From: Candidatus Eremiobacteria bacterium
GTDB taxonomy: Bacteria; Vulcanimicrobiota; Vulcanimicrobiia; Vulcanimicrobiales; Vulcanimicrobiaceae
DNA length: 64,000 nucleotides
Assembly (NCBI GenBank): GCA_963758295.1
Contig: CAVWUU010000004.1
Coordinates: 448,001 to 512,000 of the forward strand
Reading direction: 5' to 3'
The translations under genes were made by a program, and so were the position numbers. The stretch's first letter is position 1. Each line of letters starts with the position of its first letter. The notes below the pieces were generated by a model. The model was given only the letters and a program-made list of their open reading frames with translations, was not told where the DNA came from and did not search any database. This document shows, one piece after another, positions 10,699 to 22,261 of this stretch.

Positions 10699-11528
10699 TA
10701 CTTGGAACCTCGCTTACGAACGATCATCTTCGACGTCTGCTTGTTGCGACGGCGCGTCTTCTTGCCCATCGTCATCTGACCCCACGGCGTCGTGGGCGGA
10801 CGGCCCGACGTCGAACGCGCTTCACCACCACCGTGCGGGTGGTCGACCGGGTTCATTGCGATACCGCGAACCGACGGACGCTTACCGAGATGGCGCGAGC
10901 GGCCGGCTTTACCGATGACTTGGTTTTCGTGCTCGACGTTGCCGAGCTGGCCGACAGTTGCGCGACAATTGATGTGAATGCGACGGACTTCGCCCGACGG
11001 CATACGCACCTGCGAGTACTCATCTTCCTTCGCCATCAGCTGCGCCGAAACGCCCGCCGAGCGCACGAGCTTGCCGCCCTGACCGACGCGCAGCTCGATG
11101 TTGTGGATGACGGTACCAACCGGAATGTTCTTGATCGGGAGGCAGTTGCCGGGTTTGATGTCGGCACCCGCGCCCGATTCCACCATGTCGCCGACCTTCA
11201 GGCCGAGCGGCGCGAGGATGTAGCGCTTCTCGCCGTCTTTATAGTGCAGCAGGGCAATGCGCGCCGAGCGGTTCGGATCGTACTCGACCGTCGCAACCTT
11301 GGCGGGGATTCCGTCTTTGGTACGCTTGAAATCGATGATGCGATACTGCTTGCGCGTGCCGCCGCCTTTGTGACGGACGGTGATGTGACCGTTGTTGTTG
11401 CGGCCCGAATGCTTCTTACGAACTTCGAGAAGCGACTTCTCCGGCTCGACTTTCGAGATGTCGGAGAAATCCATCGTCGTGATGAAACGACGGCCCGGGC
11501 TGGTCGGACGATATTTTTTAACCGGCAT
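10698..11528 (-). CDS. rplB: 50S ribosomal protein uL2
   Basis: [13 protein letters not shown]...[13 protein letters not shown]. Confidence 0.99.
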   Translation of the reverse strand: MPVKKYRPTSPGRRFITTMDFSDISKVEPEKSLLEVRKKHSGRNNNGHITVRHKGGGTRKQYRIIDFKRTKDGIPAKVATVEYDPNRSARIALLHYKDGEKRYILAPLGLKVGDMVESGAGADIKPGNCLPIKNIPVGTVIHNIELRVGQGGKLVRSAGVSAQLMAKEDEYSQVRMPSGEVRRIHINCRATVGQLGNVEHENQVIGKAGRSRHLGKRPSVRGIAMNPVDHPHGGGEARSTSGRPPTTPWGQMTMGKKTRRRNKQTSKMIVRKRGSK

Positions 11529-11530
11529 GT

Positions 11531-11839
11531 TTATTGCTCGAAATAATTGACGCCGCCGAGCTCGATTTTCTGACCCGGCTTGATGGTGACAACGGCCTTC
11601 TTGAAGTCGCTCTGCTTGCCGCTCGTGCGAACGCCGCGGCGCGCAAAGTTGCGACTCTTACCGCGAACGTTAACGGTCGTAACCTTGAGCACGTTCACGC
11701 CGAAGATCTCTTCGATCGCATGACGTATTTGCGTCTTGGTGGCTTCCGGGTGCACGACGAACGTGTACTGTTGCTCGAGAGCCGAGGCCATCGACTTCTC
11801 GGTGATGCGCGGCGAGATGATTACGTCGCGAGCGTCCAT
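11531..11839 (-). CDS. rplW: 50S ribosomal protein uL23
   Basis: PRITEKS...[11 protein letters not shown]...KKAVVT. Confidence 0.98.
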   Translation of the reverse strand: MDARDVIISPRITEKSMASALEQQYTFVVHPEATKTQIRHAIEEIFGVNVLKVTTVNVRGKSRNFARRGVRTSGKQSDFKKAVVTIKPGQKIELGGVNYFEQ

Positions 11840-12495
11840 TACTTGCTGCTCCCGTTGCCGTACGAAGCGCCGATCGTTTCGTAAGCGGCAGTCGTGAAGA
11901 TGATGCGCTGGAAGCGCAGCACGTCTTTGACGTCGAGCGCGTTCGTGTTGGTGACGTCAACCTTCGAGAGGTTGGCGGCAACGCGATGAATCGCTTCGGC
12001 GCTTGCTTCGTTGTGGCCGAGGACGACGAGCGTCGACGGACCCTTCTTCGCATCTTTCGCGCTGCCGAAAATCAGCTTAGCGAAATCTGCGGTCTTCGTG
12101 ATCGAGAAATTGCCGGCGTCGAGCACGCTAACCGCGCCCGAGCGGAACCGGTCGGACAGCGCAGCGATGAACGCGAGCTTGCGCTCTTTCTTGTTCAGAT
12201 CGCTGACGTACGAGCGCGGCTGCGGACCCCAAACGACGCCGCCATGGCGCCACTGCGGCGAACGGATCGAACCCTGACGGGCACGGCCGGTTCCCTTTTG
12301 CTTCCACGGCTTGCGACCACCGCCGGCGACTTCGTCGCGCTTCTTCGTCGACGCAGTGCCCGCACGCGGGTTCGCGAGTTCACGGTAGACGGCACGGAAA
12401 ATCGTGTGCGCCTTCGTGCTGTAATCTTTATCGAAGATCTCCGGCGTTTGCACGTCGCGGACGACCTTGCCATTCGTATCGATAACGCTCGGCAT
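11839..12495 (-). CDS. rplD: 50S ribosomal protein uL4
   Basis: KPWKQKGTGRARQGSIRSPQWRHGG. Confidence 0.99.
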   Translation of the reverse strand: MPSVIDTNGKVVRDVQTPEIFDKDYSTKAHTIFRAVYRELANPRAGTASTKKRDEVAGGGRKPWKQKGTGRARQGSIRSPQWRHGGVVWGPQPRSYVSDLNKKERKLAFIAALSDRFRSGAVSVLDAGNFSITKTADFAKLIFGSAKDAKKGPSTLVVLGHNEASAEAIHRVAANLSKVDVTNTNALDVKDVLRFQRIIFTTAAYETIGASYGNGSSK

Positions 12496-12498
12496 CGT

Positions 12499-13137
12499 TT
12501 AGGCCTCCACTGCCTTCTTGGCCTTGACGCTCGAGCGCACAACGACCAGGGCATTCTTCGGACCCGGAACCGGACCGCGAACGAGCAGCAGATTGCGCTC
12601 GGCGTCCGCACGGATCACTTCAAGATTCTGATGCGTCGCGCGATCGACACCGTAGTGTCCAGGACGACGGCTGCCTTTGACCGTGCGTCCGGCGTTCGTG
12701 TCGCCGTTGGACGCCGGTTGGCGATGGATCATCGAGCCGTGGCTCGCGCCGCCGCCCGAGAAATTGTGACGTTTGATGCCGCCGGCGAAGCCGTGGCCTT
12801 TGGTGATGCCGACGATGTCGACGCGATCGCCCGGTTGGAAACCGGCGACCGTTACCGTTTGACCGGCTTCAACGCCGTCAATGCCGTCGCGGAACTCGCG
12901 CACGAAGCGGGTCGCTCCGACGCCGAGCTTTTTGAAATGTCCGGCAAGGGCACGCGTTACGTGGTTCTTCTTGACCGCGCCGAAACCGAGAGCCACGGAA
13001 TCATATCCGTGCTTCTCTTTCGTGCGGCGTTCCACGACCGTACAGGGACCGGCTTCGATCACCGTGACCGGTACGTACCGGCCATCCTCGGTGAACACGC
13101 TCGTCATCCCAACCTTGCGGCCAAGGATATTCTTCAT
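12499..13137 (-). CDS. rplC: 50S ribosomal protein uL3
   Basis: LGRKVGMT...TKGHGFAGGIKRHNF. Confidence 0.99.
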   Translation of the reverse strand: MKNILGRKVGMTSVFTEDGRYVPVTVIEAGPCTVVERRTKEKHGYDSVALGFGAVKKNHVTRALAGHFKKLGVGATRFVREFRDGIDGVEAGQTVTVAGFQPGDRVDIVGITKGHGFAGGIKRHNFSGGGASHGSMIHRQPASNGDTNAGRTVKGSRRPGHYGVDRATHQNLEVIRADAERNLLLVRGPVPGPKNALVVVRSSVKAKKAVEA

Positions 13138-13244
13138 TTAGATCCTCGTCCTAGAGTTGCGCGGTACACGGGCCCTAGCGTACTGCTTAATTTTTTTGCC
13201 GGCACGCGGAAAGACCCGCGGACCAGCTGGACCACAACCTGGGC

Positions 13245-13273
13245 AGTTTATCAATTGCCGCAATCCGAGTCAA
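13245..13273 (-). promoter_or_regulatory. Sigma70-type promoter for the rplC-rpsM operon
   Basis: Minus strand TTGACT-N17-TAAACT with a TGn extension before the -10. Confidence 0.75.
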
Positions 13274-13349
13274 CCCCATTGGTCCTTCGGCTTTGGCGCC
13301 CGACGCTCCGATGCGCAGCCGAAGCCGAATGCGCGGGAACGATGGGATC

Positions 13350-14927
13350 ATGCGTTTCGCCGCTGCCGCGATACTGGGACTTCTCCTCACGGCGTGCGGT
13401 GGCGCGCCCCACAGCGATCGACCGTTCCGGATCGTCCAAACCCAAGACCTTCAGACCCTGAACCCGATCTACGTCTCCGGCGTCGGCGCCCAAGGGCTAG
13501 CCGCGCTGCTCTTTTCCTATTTAGTGAAGATCGACGACCGGGGCCGGCTCGTTCCGGACGTTGCCCTCGCGGTTCCGACATTGCAAAACGGCGGCATTAG
13601 CGCCGACGGGCTCACCGTCACCTACCATCTTCGGCGCGGCGTGCGCTTCTCGGACGGGTCGCCGCTGAGCGCCAAGGATGTGGCCGGAACAATCGCCCGG
13701 CTGGCCGCCGGCGATAGCGACGCACCGACGAGGATCGGGTTCGATGATATCCGCAGCGTCGAAACCCCATCGGCATTAACGGTGCGCGTGCGGCTGAAGC
13801 GGCCGTACGCACCAATCGTTCTTTATGTGTGCGGGCCGGGAAACGCGGTACCGATTTTACCTGCTCATCTGCTGCCGCCCACCCACCGCATGGCGAATCT
13901 CCCATTCAGCTCGGCGCCGGTCGGGTCTGGCCCGTACGTCGTACAGCGCTGGGAGCGGGGCGATCGCCTTGAGCTTCGCGCGAACCCGCGCTACTTTCGC
14001 GGCAAACCGCGCATCGAGCGAATCGATCTCCTTTTCTCGCCCACGTCGACCACCGCCATCCAGCTGCTGCGGACGCACGAAGCCGACGCATACCTCAATG
14101 CCGACGACTCCCAGTACACAACGTTGCGCGCAATGCGTCTGCGAGTCGATCGCGTGCCGATCGATGGTACGGGCGCGCTGATTTTCAACACGCAAGACCG
14201 CACGCTGCGCGACCCGCGCGTTCGCCGCGCGTTTGCGCTCGCGATAAACGCGCCGGCTCTCGTCCAAAGGATGCTGCTCGGACAGCGCGCCTCGAACCCC
14301 GGACGCGGCATGTTCGGTTGGGCGTACGATGAGCGCGCGTTCGCGATGCCGCCGTACGAGCCGCAACGAGCGGCCGCGCTGCTCACGCAAGCGGGATGGA
14401 TGCCCGGCCTCGACCGGATTCGTCAACGCTCCGGCGAGCGGCTCACGCTTGATTTGATCGTTCGAAGCGACAAGCCGAGCGGCGTCGAGCTCGCGACGGA
14501 AATTCAAGCCTACGAACGCGCGGCCGGCATCGACGTCTCCATTCGGCGGTTTCCAATTGCATCGATGGTCGCGCCTTCAGGCCCGTTGTATTCAGGAAAC
14601 TATGCCGTCGCGTTCTTCCCGTTCATCGGCGGGTTCGATCCGGACGTGACGGATCAGTTTGCCTGCGATCGCATTCCACCGCGCGGATTCAACAAACCGC
14701 GTTATTGCAATCCCCGCTTAGATCCGATCATGCGCCAAGCCGCAACGACGTACGACATAAGCAAACGCGCTGCGCTCTATCGCGCGATTCAGAAGACGCT
14801 TGCCCGCGATTTGCCGATCGACACGCTCTATCAAGCGGTATCGATAAACGCGTTTCCCGCTGCGCTCAAAGGCCAGACAACCGCGATCACGACACCCCTA
14901 TGGAATGTCGCCGCTTGGCATTTCTAA
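13350..14927 (+). CDS. ABC transporter family 5 (peptide-type) substrate-binding lipoprotein, orphan
   Basis: Lipobox LLTAC; GISADGLTVTYHLRRGVRFSDG; PVGSGPY. Confidence 0.9.
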   Translation: MRFAAAAILGLLLTACGGAPHSDRPFRIVQTQDLQTLNPIYVSGVGAQGLAALLFSYLVKIDDRGRLVPDVALAVPTLQNGGISADGLTVTYHLRRGVRFSDGSPLSAKDVAGTIARLAAGDSDAPTRIGFDDIRSVETPSALTVRVRLKRPYAPIVLYVCGPGNAVPILPAHLLPPTHRMANLPFSSAPVGSGPYVVQRWERGDRLELRANPRYFRGKPRIERIDLLFSPTSTTAIQLLRTHEADAYLNADDSQYTTLRAMRLRVDRVPIDGTGALIFNTQDRTLRDPRVRRAFALAINAPALVQRMLLGQRASNPGRGMFGWAYDERAFAMPPYEPQRAAALLTQAGWMPGLDRIRQRSGERLTLDLIVRSDKPSGVELATEIQAYERAAGIDVSIRRFPIASMVAPSGPLYSGNYAVAFFPFIGGFDPDVTDQFACDRIPPRGFNKPRYCNPRLDPIMRQAATTYDISKRAALYRAIQKTLARDLPIDTLYQAVSINAFPAALKGQTTAITTPLWNVAAWHF

Positions 14928-16519
14928 CGGCGCAGGCCCGGAACGCGCAATCGCCGGACGCGTCCACGGTGGCGCTCGGCGTGAAGGCCCTTTTCCCAGG
15001 CGGATAAGAAATCGTCGAAATAGACCGTGCCGATCCAGTGTTCGCCGTCGTCGATCACCGCGAGCACCCGCGTGCCTCGCTCGGCCATCACGTCGGCCGC
15101 GGAACGCACGCGATCGCCGGCGTGCACCCCATGCTCGGGCTGAACGCCTTCGGGGAGGCGCATAATTTCCCGGACCGGAATCAACTCGAGGGGATGCACC
15201 GAATATTCCCGGGCAACGTGCATGCCGCGACGCGCAAGTTTTTCGGTGAGAATCGAGCGCGGGACAAAAATGACGGTAAACGCGGTCGCTGCTATGCAGC
15301 CGATAAAGACCTCTGGCGCGAGGTTCCACGCGTGCGTCGTTTCGAGTGCGAAGAGCGTGCCCATGAACGGCGAACGCATCGTCCCGCCCATGAGAGCGGC
15401 CATTCCGACGATCGCCCATGTCGAAGCATCGTGCATTGGAAGAAGCGGCGCGAGCAACGTTCCGAGAGCAGCGCCGATCATCAGCAACGGCGCTAGCACG
15501 CCCCCCGACGTTCCGGACGACAAACTCAAAATCCAAATGACGATCTTCATGACGATGATCGCCGCGACGACACCGATGGCAAGCTTGGCGTTGACCATAC
15601 CGCCGATCGTCGGATAGCCCACCCCCAAGGCTGCCGGTACGAACCAGCCGCCGATGCCGACGAAAAGACCACCGATCGCGGGCCACCACATCCAGTGCAC
15701 GGGCAGCTTGGCGTAGAGATCTTCCGTGATATACACGAGGCGCGTCATAACGAGCGATACGACGCCGCCGCAAAGTCCAACAAAAGCGGCTGGAATGATT
15801 GCAGCGACTGCAACGTCGTGCGGAACGGCAAGTACGAAGGGCGGCGCCGTGCCGATCAACACCGTGCGCATCAGTTCCGCAACGAACGCTGCGACGGCGA
15901 CGGGAATGAAGCTGCGTGGCCGCCATTCGAACAACAGCAGTTCGACCGCAATCAGAACCGAGGCGATCGGCGCACCAAAGGTTGCGGCCATTCCGCCTGC
16001 CGCGCCCGCCACGAGCAGCGTGCGGCGTTCCATTGACGACAGCTTCAAAAATTGTGCGATGAGCGATCCGCAGGCGCCACCCGTCATGATGATTGGACCT
16101 TCAGCGCCGAATGGACTCCCGGTTCCGATCGTTATCGCCGAGGCCAGCGGTTTCCAAAACGCAACGCGCGCTTGAATGATGCTGTCGCGCTCGAGAATCG
16201 ATTGAATTGCTTCGGGAATCCCATGGCCGCGAATCTTGTCGCTCCCGAATCGCGCGATTAGACCGACGAGAATGCCGCCGATAGCGGGAATCGCGATCGC
16301 GATCGGTCCCCAGTGACGCGGGTCGGGCTGAGTCAGCGTAGCGCCGAACGTGCCAAAATAGGCGACGTGGGTGATGAACCCAATGAGCACGAGCAGCACC
16401 TTGGCCAAGCAAGCGGCGATAACGCCGATCCCGGCCGCATATGCTACGAGCCGGTAGAGGCGCTTGGGATCGGTCGAAAAATCGCTGCTTGCTTGGGGAC
16501 GCACCATAACGGCCACCAT
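14924..16519 (-). CDS. ClC chloride channel/antiporter with C-terminal CBS-like region
   Basis: GHGIPE, FGAEGP, GAAGGMAATFGAP, GTSGGVLAP motifs. Confidence 0.92.
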   Translation of the reverse strand: MVAVMVRPQASSDFSTDPKRLYRLVAYAAGIGVIAACLAKVLLVLIGFITHVAYFGTFGATLTQPDPRHWGPIAIAIPAIGGILVGLIARFGSDKIRGHGIPEAIQSILERDSIIQARVAFWKPLASAITIGTGSPFGAEGPIIMTGGACGSLIAQFLKLSSMERRTLLVAGAAGGMAATFGAPIASVLIAVELLLFEWRPRSFIPVAVAAFVAELMRTVLIGTAPPFVLAVPHDVAVAAIIPAAFVGLCGGVVSLVMTRLVYITEDLYAKLPVHWMWWPAIGGLFVGIGGWFVPAALGVGYPTIGGMVNAKLAIGVVAAIIVMKIVIWILSLSSGTSGGVLAPLLMIGAALGTLLAPLLPMHDASTWAIVGMAALMGGTMRSPFMGTLFALETTHAWNLAPEVFIGCIAATAFTVIFVPRSILTEKLARRGMHVAREYSVHPLELIPVREIMRLPEGVQPEHGVHAGDRVRSAADVMAERGTRVLAVIDDGEHWIGTVYFDDFLSAWEKGLHAERHRGRVRRLRVPGLRR

Positions 16520-16566
16520 CGTATCCGCGGTCGTTTATTCACGCAGGTGGTTTTGTCGGGTCCTCT

Positions 16567-17757
16567 CTACGTGAAAGCCGCGATTCCCGTGATCTGCTGG
16601 CCAATTACCAGCGTGTGAACTTCGCTTGTGCCTTCGTAGGTAAGGACGGATTCGAGGTTGTTCATGTGGCGGATAACCGGATACTCCAGCGTCACGCCGT
16701 TCGCGCCGAGAATCGTTCGCGCTTCGCGGCAAATTGCCAAGGCTTCGCGCACGTTGTTCAGTTTACCAAAGCTCACTTGCGATGGGTGTAGCGTACCGTT
16801 ATCTTTCATGCGCCCCAAATGCAATGCGACGAGTGTGCCCTTGTTCAGTTCAAGCAGCATATTCACAAGCTTTTCTTGCGTGATTTGAAAACCGCCGATG
16901 GGGCGGTCGAATTGCACGCGCGTCTTGGAGTATTCGAGCGCGCTTTCGTAACACGCGCGCGCGGCGCCCATGGCGCCCCAAATGATACCGTAGCGTGCTT
17001 CGTTCAAACATGCGAGCGGGCCGCGTAGGCCTTCAGCCTTCGGCAGCTGCGCGCTGGACGGTAAACGCACGTCTTGAAGAATGAGTTCGCTCGTGATCGA
17101 CGCGCGCAACGAAATTTTCTTGTGGATGTTCGTCGCACTGAAGCCCGGCGTCTCGGCCGGAACGAGGAACCCGCGAATACCATCGTCGGTGTTCGCCCAC
17201 ACGATAGCAACATCCGAGATCGAACCGTTGGTAATCCACATCTTCGTGCCGTTAAGCACCCAGTCGTCGCCGTCGCGACGCGCAAACGTTCGCATTCCCC
17301 CTGGGTTGCTGCCGAAATCCGGTTCGGTTAACCCGAAACAGCCGATGGCTTCGCCGCGCGCCATGCGCGGCAGCCACTCTTGTTTCTGTTCTTCGCTGCC
17401 CCAGCGGTAGATCGCGTACATCGCAAGCGATCCTTGCACCGACGCGAAGCTGCGCACGCCGGCATCGCCCGCTTCGAGTTCGAGGCACGCAATGCCATAG
17501 GCGACGGCGCTTGCGCCGGGACAGTCATAGCCCTGCAGATGCATCCCGAGCAATCCCAGCCGGCCGAGCTCGCGCCCCAATTCGCGCGGCAGTATGCCTT
17601 CTTCGAACCAATCTGCGACATTCGGCAACACGCGGTCCCGAACGAAACTGCGAACCGTCTCGCGGATCATGCGTTCCTCGTCGGAAAGCAGCGCGTCGAC
17701 GCCGATAAAATCAATGGCGTCCGGCGGAGCGGCGGGTTTGCTTTGCGTCGTGGTCAT
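16567..17757 (-). CDS. Acyl-CoA dehydrogenase, glutaryl-CoA dehydrogenase-like
   Basis: [37 protein letters not shown]. Confidence 0.9.
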   Translation of the reverse strand: MTTTQSKPAAPPDAIDFIGVDALLSDEERMIRETVRSFVRDRVLPNVADWFEEGILPRELGRELGRLGLLGMHLQGYDCPGASAVAYGIACLELEAGDAGVRSFASVQGSLAMYAIYRWGSEEQKQEWLPRMARGEAIGCFGLTEPDFGSNPGGMRTFARRDGDDWVLNGTKMWITNGSISDVAIVWANTDDGIRGFLVPAETPGFSATNIHKKISLRASITSELILQDVRLPSSAQLPKAEGLRGPLACLNEARYGIIWGAMGAARACYESALEYSKTRVQFDRPIGGFQITQEKLVNMLLELNKGTLVALHLGRMKDNGTLHPSQVSFGKLNNVREALAICREARTILGANGVTLEYPVIRHMNNLESVLTYEGTSEVHTLVIGQQITGIAAFT

Positions 17758-18734
17758 CTGTTTACGGCACTCATATCGGGGTAGCGCTGCCCAGCGGCAG
17801 CGTTGGGTGGAAAGACGCGGTCCAGTTCACGCATTTCCACGTCGGAAAGCGCAACGTCGAGCGCAGCGACGTTTTCTTCAAGGTACTTTACACGTTTCGT
17901 GCCGGGAATCGGCACGACGTCATCGCCTCGATGCAGCAGCCACGCAAGCGCGAGTTGCGATGGCGTGCAGCTTTTTTGGTGGGCCAGCCTCTTCACGTGT
18001 TGCACCAGATCGAGATTCTTCTCGAAATTCCCGCCTTGAAAGCGCGGGTTGTGCCTGCGAAAGTCGTCGTGCGCAAAATCGTCGGGCGACTCGATCGCTC
18101 CGGTCAAGAAACCCCGTCCAAGCGGCGAGTATGCAACGATACCGATGCCGTGACGCCGCGCCGCGTCGAGCTGGCCGTTCTCTTCCAAATCGCGCGACCA
18201 GAGCGACCACTCGTTTTGGAGCGCGGTAATTTTATGCACTTGCACCGCTCGCTCGATGCTTTGGGAACTTGCCTCGGAAAGGCCGAGATGCCGCACCTTG
18301 CCCGCGTGCACGAGTTCTGCCATCGCGCCGACGGTTTCTTCGATCGGCGTTTGCGGATCGACGCGATGCTGATAGTAAAGGTCGATATGGTCGACGCCGA
18401 GGCGCTCCAATGAAGCGTCGCAGGCCTTTTTCACGTAATCGGGGTGCCCGCTGATAGAGCGGCTGCCGCCTGCGTCGCGCACGATGCCGAACTTCGTTGC
18501 AAGAAAGACCCGATCGCGTCGATCGGCAATGGCTTTCCCGACGAGTTCCTCGTTGCGCCCCGTACCGTACATATCAGCGGTGTCCAGCAGCGTGATGCCG
18601 AGCTCGAGCGCGCGATGAATCGTGCGGATAGACTCGGCGTCGTCACCGCTGCCGTAGAATTCGGACATCCCCATGCAGCCCAGTCCCAGCGCTGAAACTT
18701 GCGGACCGCGGGATCCCAAACGACGTTGTTGCAT
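17754..18734 (-). CDS. Aldo/keto reductase
   Basis: [34 protein letters not shown]. Confidence 0.95.
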   Translation of the reverse strand: MQQRRLGSRGPQVSALGLGCMGMSEFYGSGDDAESIRTIHRALELGITLLDTADMYGTGRNEELVGKAIADRRDRVFLATKFGIVRDAGGSRSISGHPDYVKKACDASLERLGVDHIDLYYQHRVDPQTPIEETVGAMAELVHAGKVRHLGLSEASSQSIERAVQVHKITALQNEWSLWSRDLEENGQLDAARRHGIGIVAYSPLGRGFLTGAIESPDDFAHDDFRRHNPRFQGGNFEKNLDLVQHVKRLAHQKSCTPSQLALAWLLHRGDDVVPIPGTKRVKYLEENVAALDVALSDVEMRELDRVFPPNAAAGQRYPDMSAVNR

Positions 18735-18768
18735 GCGAGTACCTTACTTAGGGAACCGCGCTCGGGCG

Positions 18769-19194
18769 CTAGCGCTTTAGAACGCGGGTCAGCTTATCGA
18801 AGAGCGCTTCGGTCGAACGTTCGAACGAGTCTTCCAGACGGCGCCACAGCAGACGCCCGTCCGTGTCGGTAAGGGTTCCCTCGATGCGGTATTCCACCAC
18901 GGTCAACTTGCCGTCGGCCGAGAGATAGAACCCATGGCTTCCATCGACGCCATCGTTGAGGATCCGCCACACAATGCGCTCCTCCGGTACAACCTCTGCC
19001 AGCATGGCATGGATGCCGAGGTGCCACTCTTCGGTGCGGTCCGGCGTAAGCGGTCCCGGCGACCGCATAAACGGCTGCGATGCGAACGGCCAAATTTGGT
19101 CGCCGGACGTCCCCATCTCTTCGAGCAAATGAAAAATCCGGCGTTTCGTACCGTGGAACGTCCGGGACCGCGATTCGCGAAGCTCGATAGGCAT
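18769..19194 (-). CDS. Hypothetical protein, possibly SRPBCC/START-like fold
   Basis: 141-aa ORF; VVPEERIVW...G.HGF...terminal helix pattern resembles SRPBCC. Confidence 0.6.
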   Translation of the reverse strand: MPIELRESRSRTFHGTKRRIFHLLEEMGTSGDQIWPFASQPFMRSPGPLTPDRTEEWHLGIHAMLAEVVPEERIVWRILNDGVDGSHGFYLSADGKLTVVEYRIEGTLTDTDGRLLWRRLEDSFERSTEALFDKLTRVLKR

Positions 19195-19244
19195 GCTCGC
19201 TCGTTCGCGGACCTGGCGCCTAGGTCATTGTGCTGGCACTGCCC

Positions 19245-19989
19245 TTACGAGCGATCTCCTAAAAACGCTTGCGTCTGCCACCGGAACCGTACGCTTCCAC
19301 GACAACTCCAGGTTTCGAAGAGCGCGCTCAGTTCTACGATCAAGTTCTCGTGTTGAGGGCCCGCGCGCGGAAGATATGATGCGGAACGTGCGAATCCCAA
19401 AAGCGCATCGCTTGTTAACGGCTGCTCGTGCGTGACGACGATCGTTCGAACGTCGTTCCATCCCGCATCGGTCAGATCGTTTACCACGGTATTCATACGC
19501 CGGCTGCGATCGATGTTTCCGCCGCTCGCGTCGTAGCGATCGACGATCGCTTCGAACGCTCCGGTAAACGGATCGTTTCGATCGCGGTGATTCCAAACGG
19601 CGGCGAAACGCGCGCGCGGTTTTGCAATACGAAGCGCTTCGCACATTACCGCCGGCGGATCGAACCAGTGATAGGCTTGAAATGCCGAAACGATATCGAT
19701 GCTCGCATGCGGTAGGGTCGTTGCTTCGGCAGTTGCATCAATGGCGCGAACGCGATCTGATACGGAGATCGATTCACGCATCGGTGAGTTTGGTTCGATT
19801 GCGTAAACGAAGGCACCGGCATCTGCGAGCAACGCTGCCGAGATGCCGGTGCCGCGCGCCTAGATCCGCGACGCAAGGACCTTCGAAGCCATCGAGAATC
19901 GCTGCGATGATTTCGCCCGGATAAGACGGCCGGTATGCCGCGTAGTCATTCGCGCGATCGCTAAAGCGTTGCGTCGAATCGTTCGTTAT
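19245..19989 (-). CDS. Class I SAM-dependent methyltransferase, frameshifted near 19855
   Basis: N-terminus STQRFSDRANDYAAYRPSYP...ADLGA joins GTGISAALLADAG...QAYHWFD after removing one base; only an ATA start is visible. Confidence 0.8.
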
Positions 19990-20222
19990 ATTCTCGGTCC
20001 CGCTTCCCGATCGGCAAGCTTGCCCAAATTTTGGACAACGACGATCGCGATGATCGTGACGATGATGGCATAGACGAGTTCAGCCCAAATGCCGCTGCCC
20101 GACTTGAGGAAAAGTGCGATGAGGTCGCTGATGAACTTATTCCAAGCGCCGGCTGCGATAAAGCCGAAAGCTACGGTGGCGAGCGCGATCATGGTCCCCA
20201 GGTAAGTGGGTTTAACTTCCAT
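19986..20222 (-). CDS. Small two-TM membrane protein (DUF5654-like)
   Basis: LATVAFGFIAAGAWN...YAIIVTIIAI; AAGGAG RBS. Confidence 0.75.
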   Translation of the reverse strand: MEVKPTYLGTMIALATVAFGFIAAGAWNKFISDLIALFLKSGSGIWAELVYAIIVTIIAIVVVQNLGKLADREAGPRI

Positions 20223-20328
20223 GGTGTTCTCCTTTGTACAGTGACTAGCGGAAAACAAGAACTAGGCTGGTCCTTCTACAGCATTCGGCACCTTCCCAGG
20301 TGCGCCACCTACCCGGACTCACAAAAGA

Positions 20329-20359
20329 AAAAGCCCGAAGCAAAGCGCTTCGGGCTTTT
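20329..20359. terminator. Intrinsic terminator after rpsJ
   Basis: AAAAGCCCGAAGC-aaagc-GCTTCGGGCTTTT. Confidence 0.9.
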
Positions 20360-20377
20360 CAACACTGATTGCTGTTA

Positions 20378-20686
20378 TTAGGCCTTGAGTTCGATGTCGA
20401 CGCCGGCCGGCAGGTCGAGATGCATCAGAGCATCCATCGTCTTCGGCGACGCTTGCAGGATATCGATGAGGCGCTTGTGGGTGCGCATTTCGAAGTGCTC
20501 GCGCGACTTCTTATCGTTGTTCGTCGAACGCTGTACGCAGAACCGATTGATCTCGGTGGGCAGCGGAACGGGACCGCTCACGAACGCGCCGGTACGCTTC
20601 GCCGTTTCGACGATGCGCTCGGCGGATTGGTCGAGCACTTTATGATCAAACGCTTTCAAGCGAATGCGAATCTTCTGCTTTGACAT
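20378..20686 (-). CDS. rpsJ: 30S ribosomal protein uS10
   Basis: [15 protein letters not shown]...GPVPLPT...[10 protein letters not shown]. Confidence 0.99.
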   Translation of the reverse strand: MSKQKIRIRLKAFDHKVLDQSAERIVETAKRTGAFVSGPVPLPTEINRFCVQRSTNNDKKSREHFEMRTHKRLIDILQASPKTMDALMHLDLPAGVDIELKA

Positions 20687-20753
20687 CTCTATCCTGTAAT
20701 TTCTGTTTTCAAAGAACGAACTCAAAGATGTCCCGGAGGACACATCAGCGGCC

Positions 20754-20782
20754 ATCCTATCATGGCGCCGGTTTTCTGTCTA
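20754..20782 (-). promoter_or_regulatory. Sigma70-type promoter for rpsJ
   Basis: Minus strand TAGACA-N17-TAGGAT with TGn extension. Confidence 0.65.
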
Positions 20783-20789
20783 TGCCATC

Positions 20790-20828
20790 GCTGAGATGCG
20801 CCTGCCCTTCGACAAGCTCAGGATGACA
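20790..20828. repeat. REP-like copy between tuf and rpsJ
   Basis: GCTGAGATGCGC-N6-TTCGACAAGCTCAGGATGACA; shares its flank with the element at 4735-4773. Confidence 0.85.
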
Positions 20829-20850
20829 GGGTGGGGCCGGAGCCCCACCC
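20829..20850 (-). terminator. GC-rich hairpin after tuf (terminator or stabiliser; no clear U tract)
   Basis: GGGTGGGGC-cgga-GCCCCACCC. Confidence 0.6.
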
Positions 20851-20865
20851 CCGTTGTGGATCTGG

Positions 20866-22065
<1,200 letters not shown>

Positions 22066-22261
22066 TTTCTACTTTTTGTTCCTCATTAGACCCGTCGATT
22101 GACTCGACGGCTATCGCTAGTTGTTTTTTACGATCCTCGTAGCTGTTGCCGTCGAGGTAGGAGATAAGCCGCCCGCGGCTTATCTCTCGAAATTACCGAC
22201 CCGGCAATTTCCGGAACCGACGTGAGTCCGCTCCGTCGGATTGGCGCGGGCGCCAATCCTG

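Noticed and set aside
9053..13461. Long plus-strand ORFs (e.g. 9053-10453, 11986-13461) opposite ribosomal genes
   Set aside because: Antisense shadows expected from GC-rich codon bias; no recognisable motifs.
13350..14927. Orphan peptide-binding protein as importer for the 59.1-kb peptide
   Set aside because: 45 kb away with no shared regulatory motif seen; there is no evidence linking them.
13350..20222. The 7-kb block between rplC and rpsJ as a mobile element or genomic island
   Set aside because: No integrase, transposase or att-like repeats, and composition looks similar to the other accessory genes.
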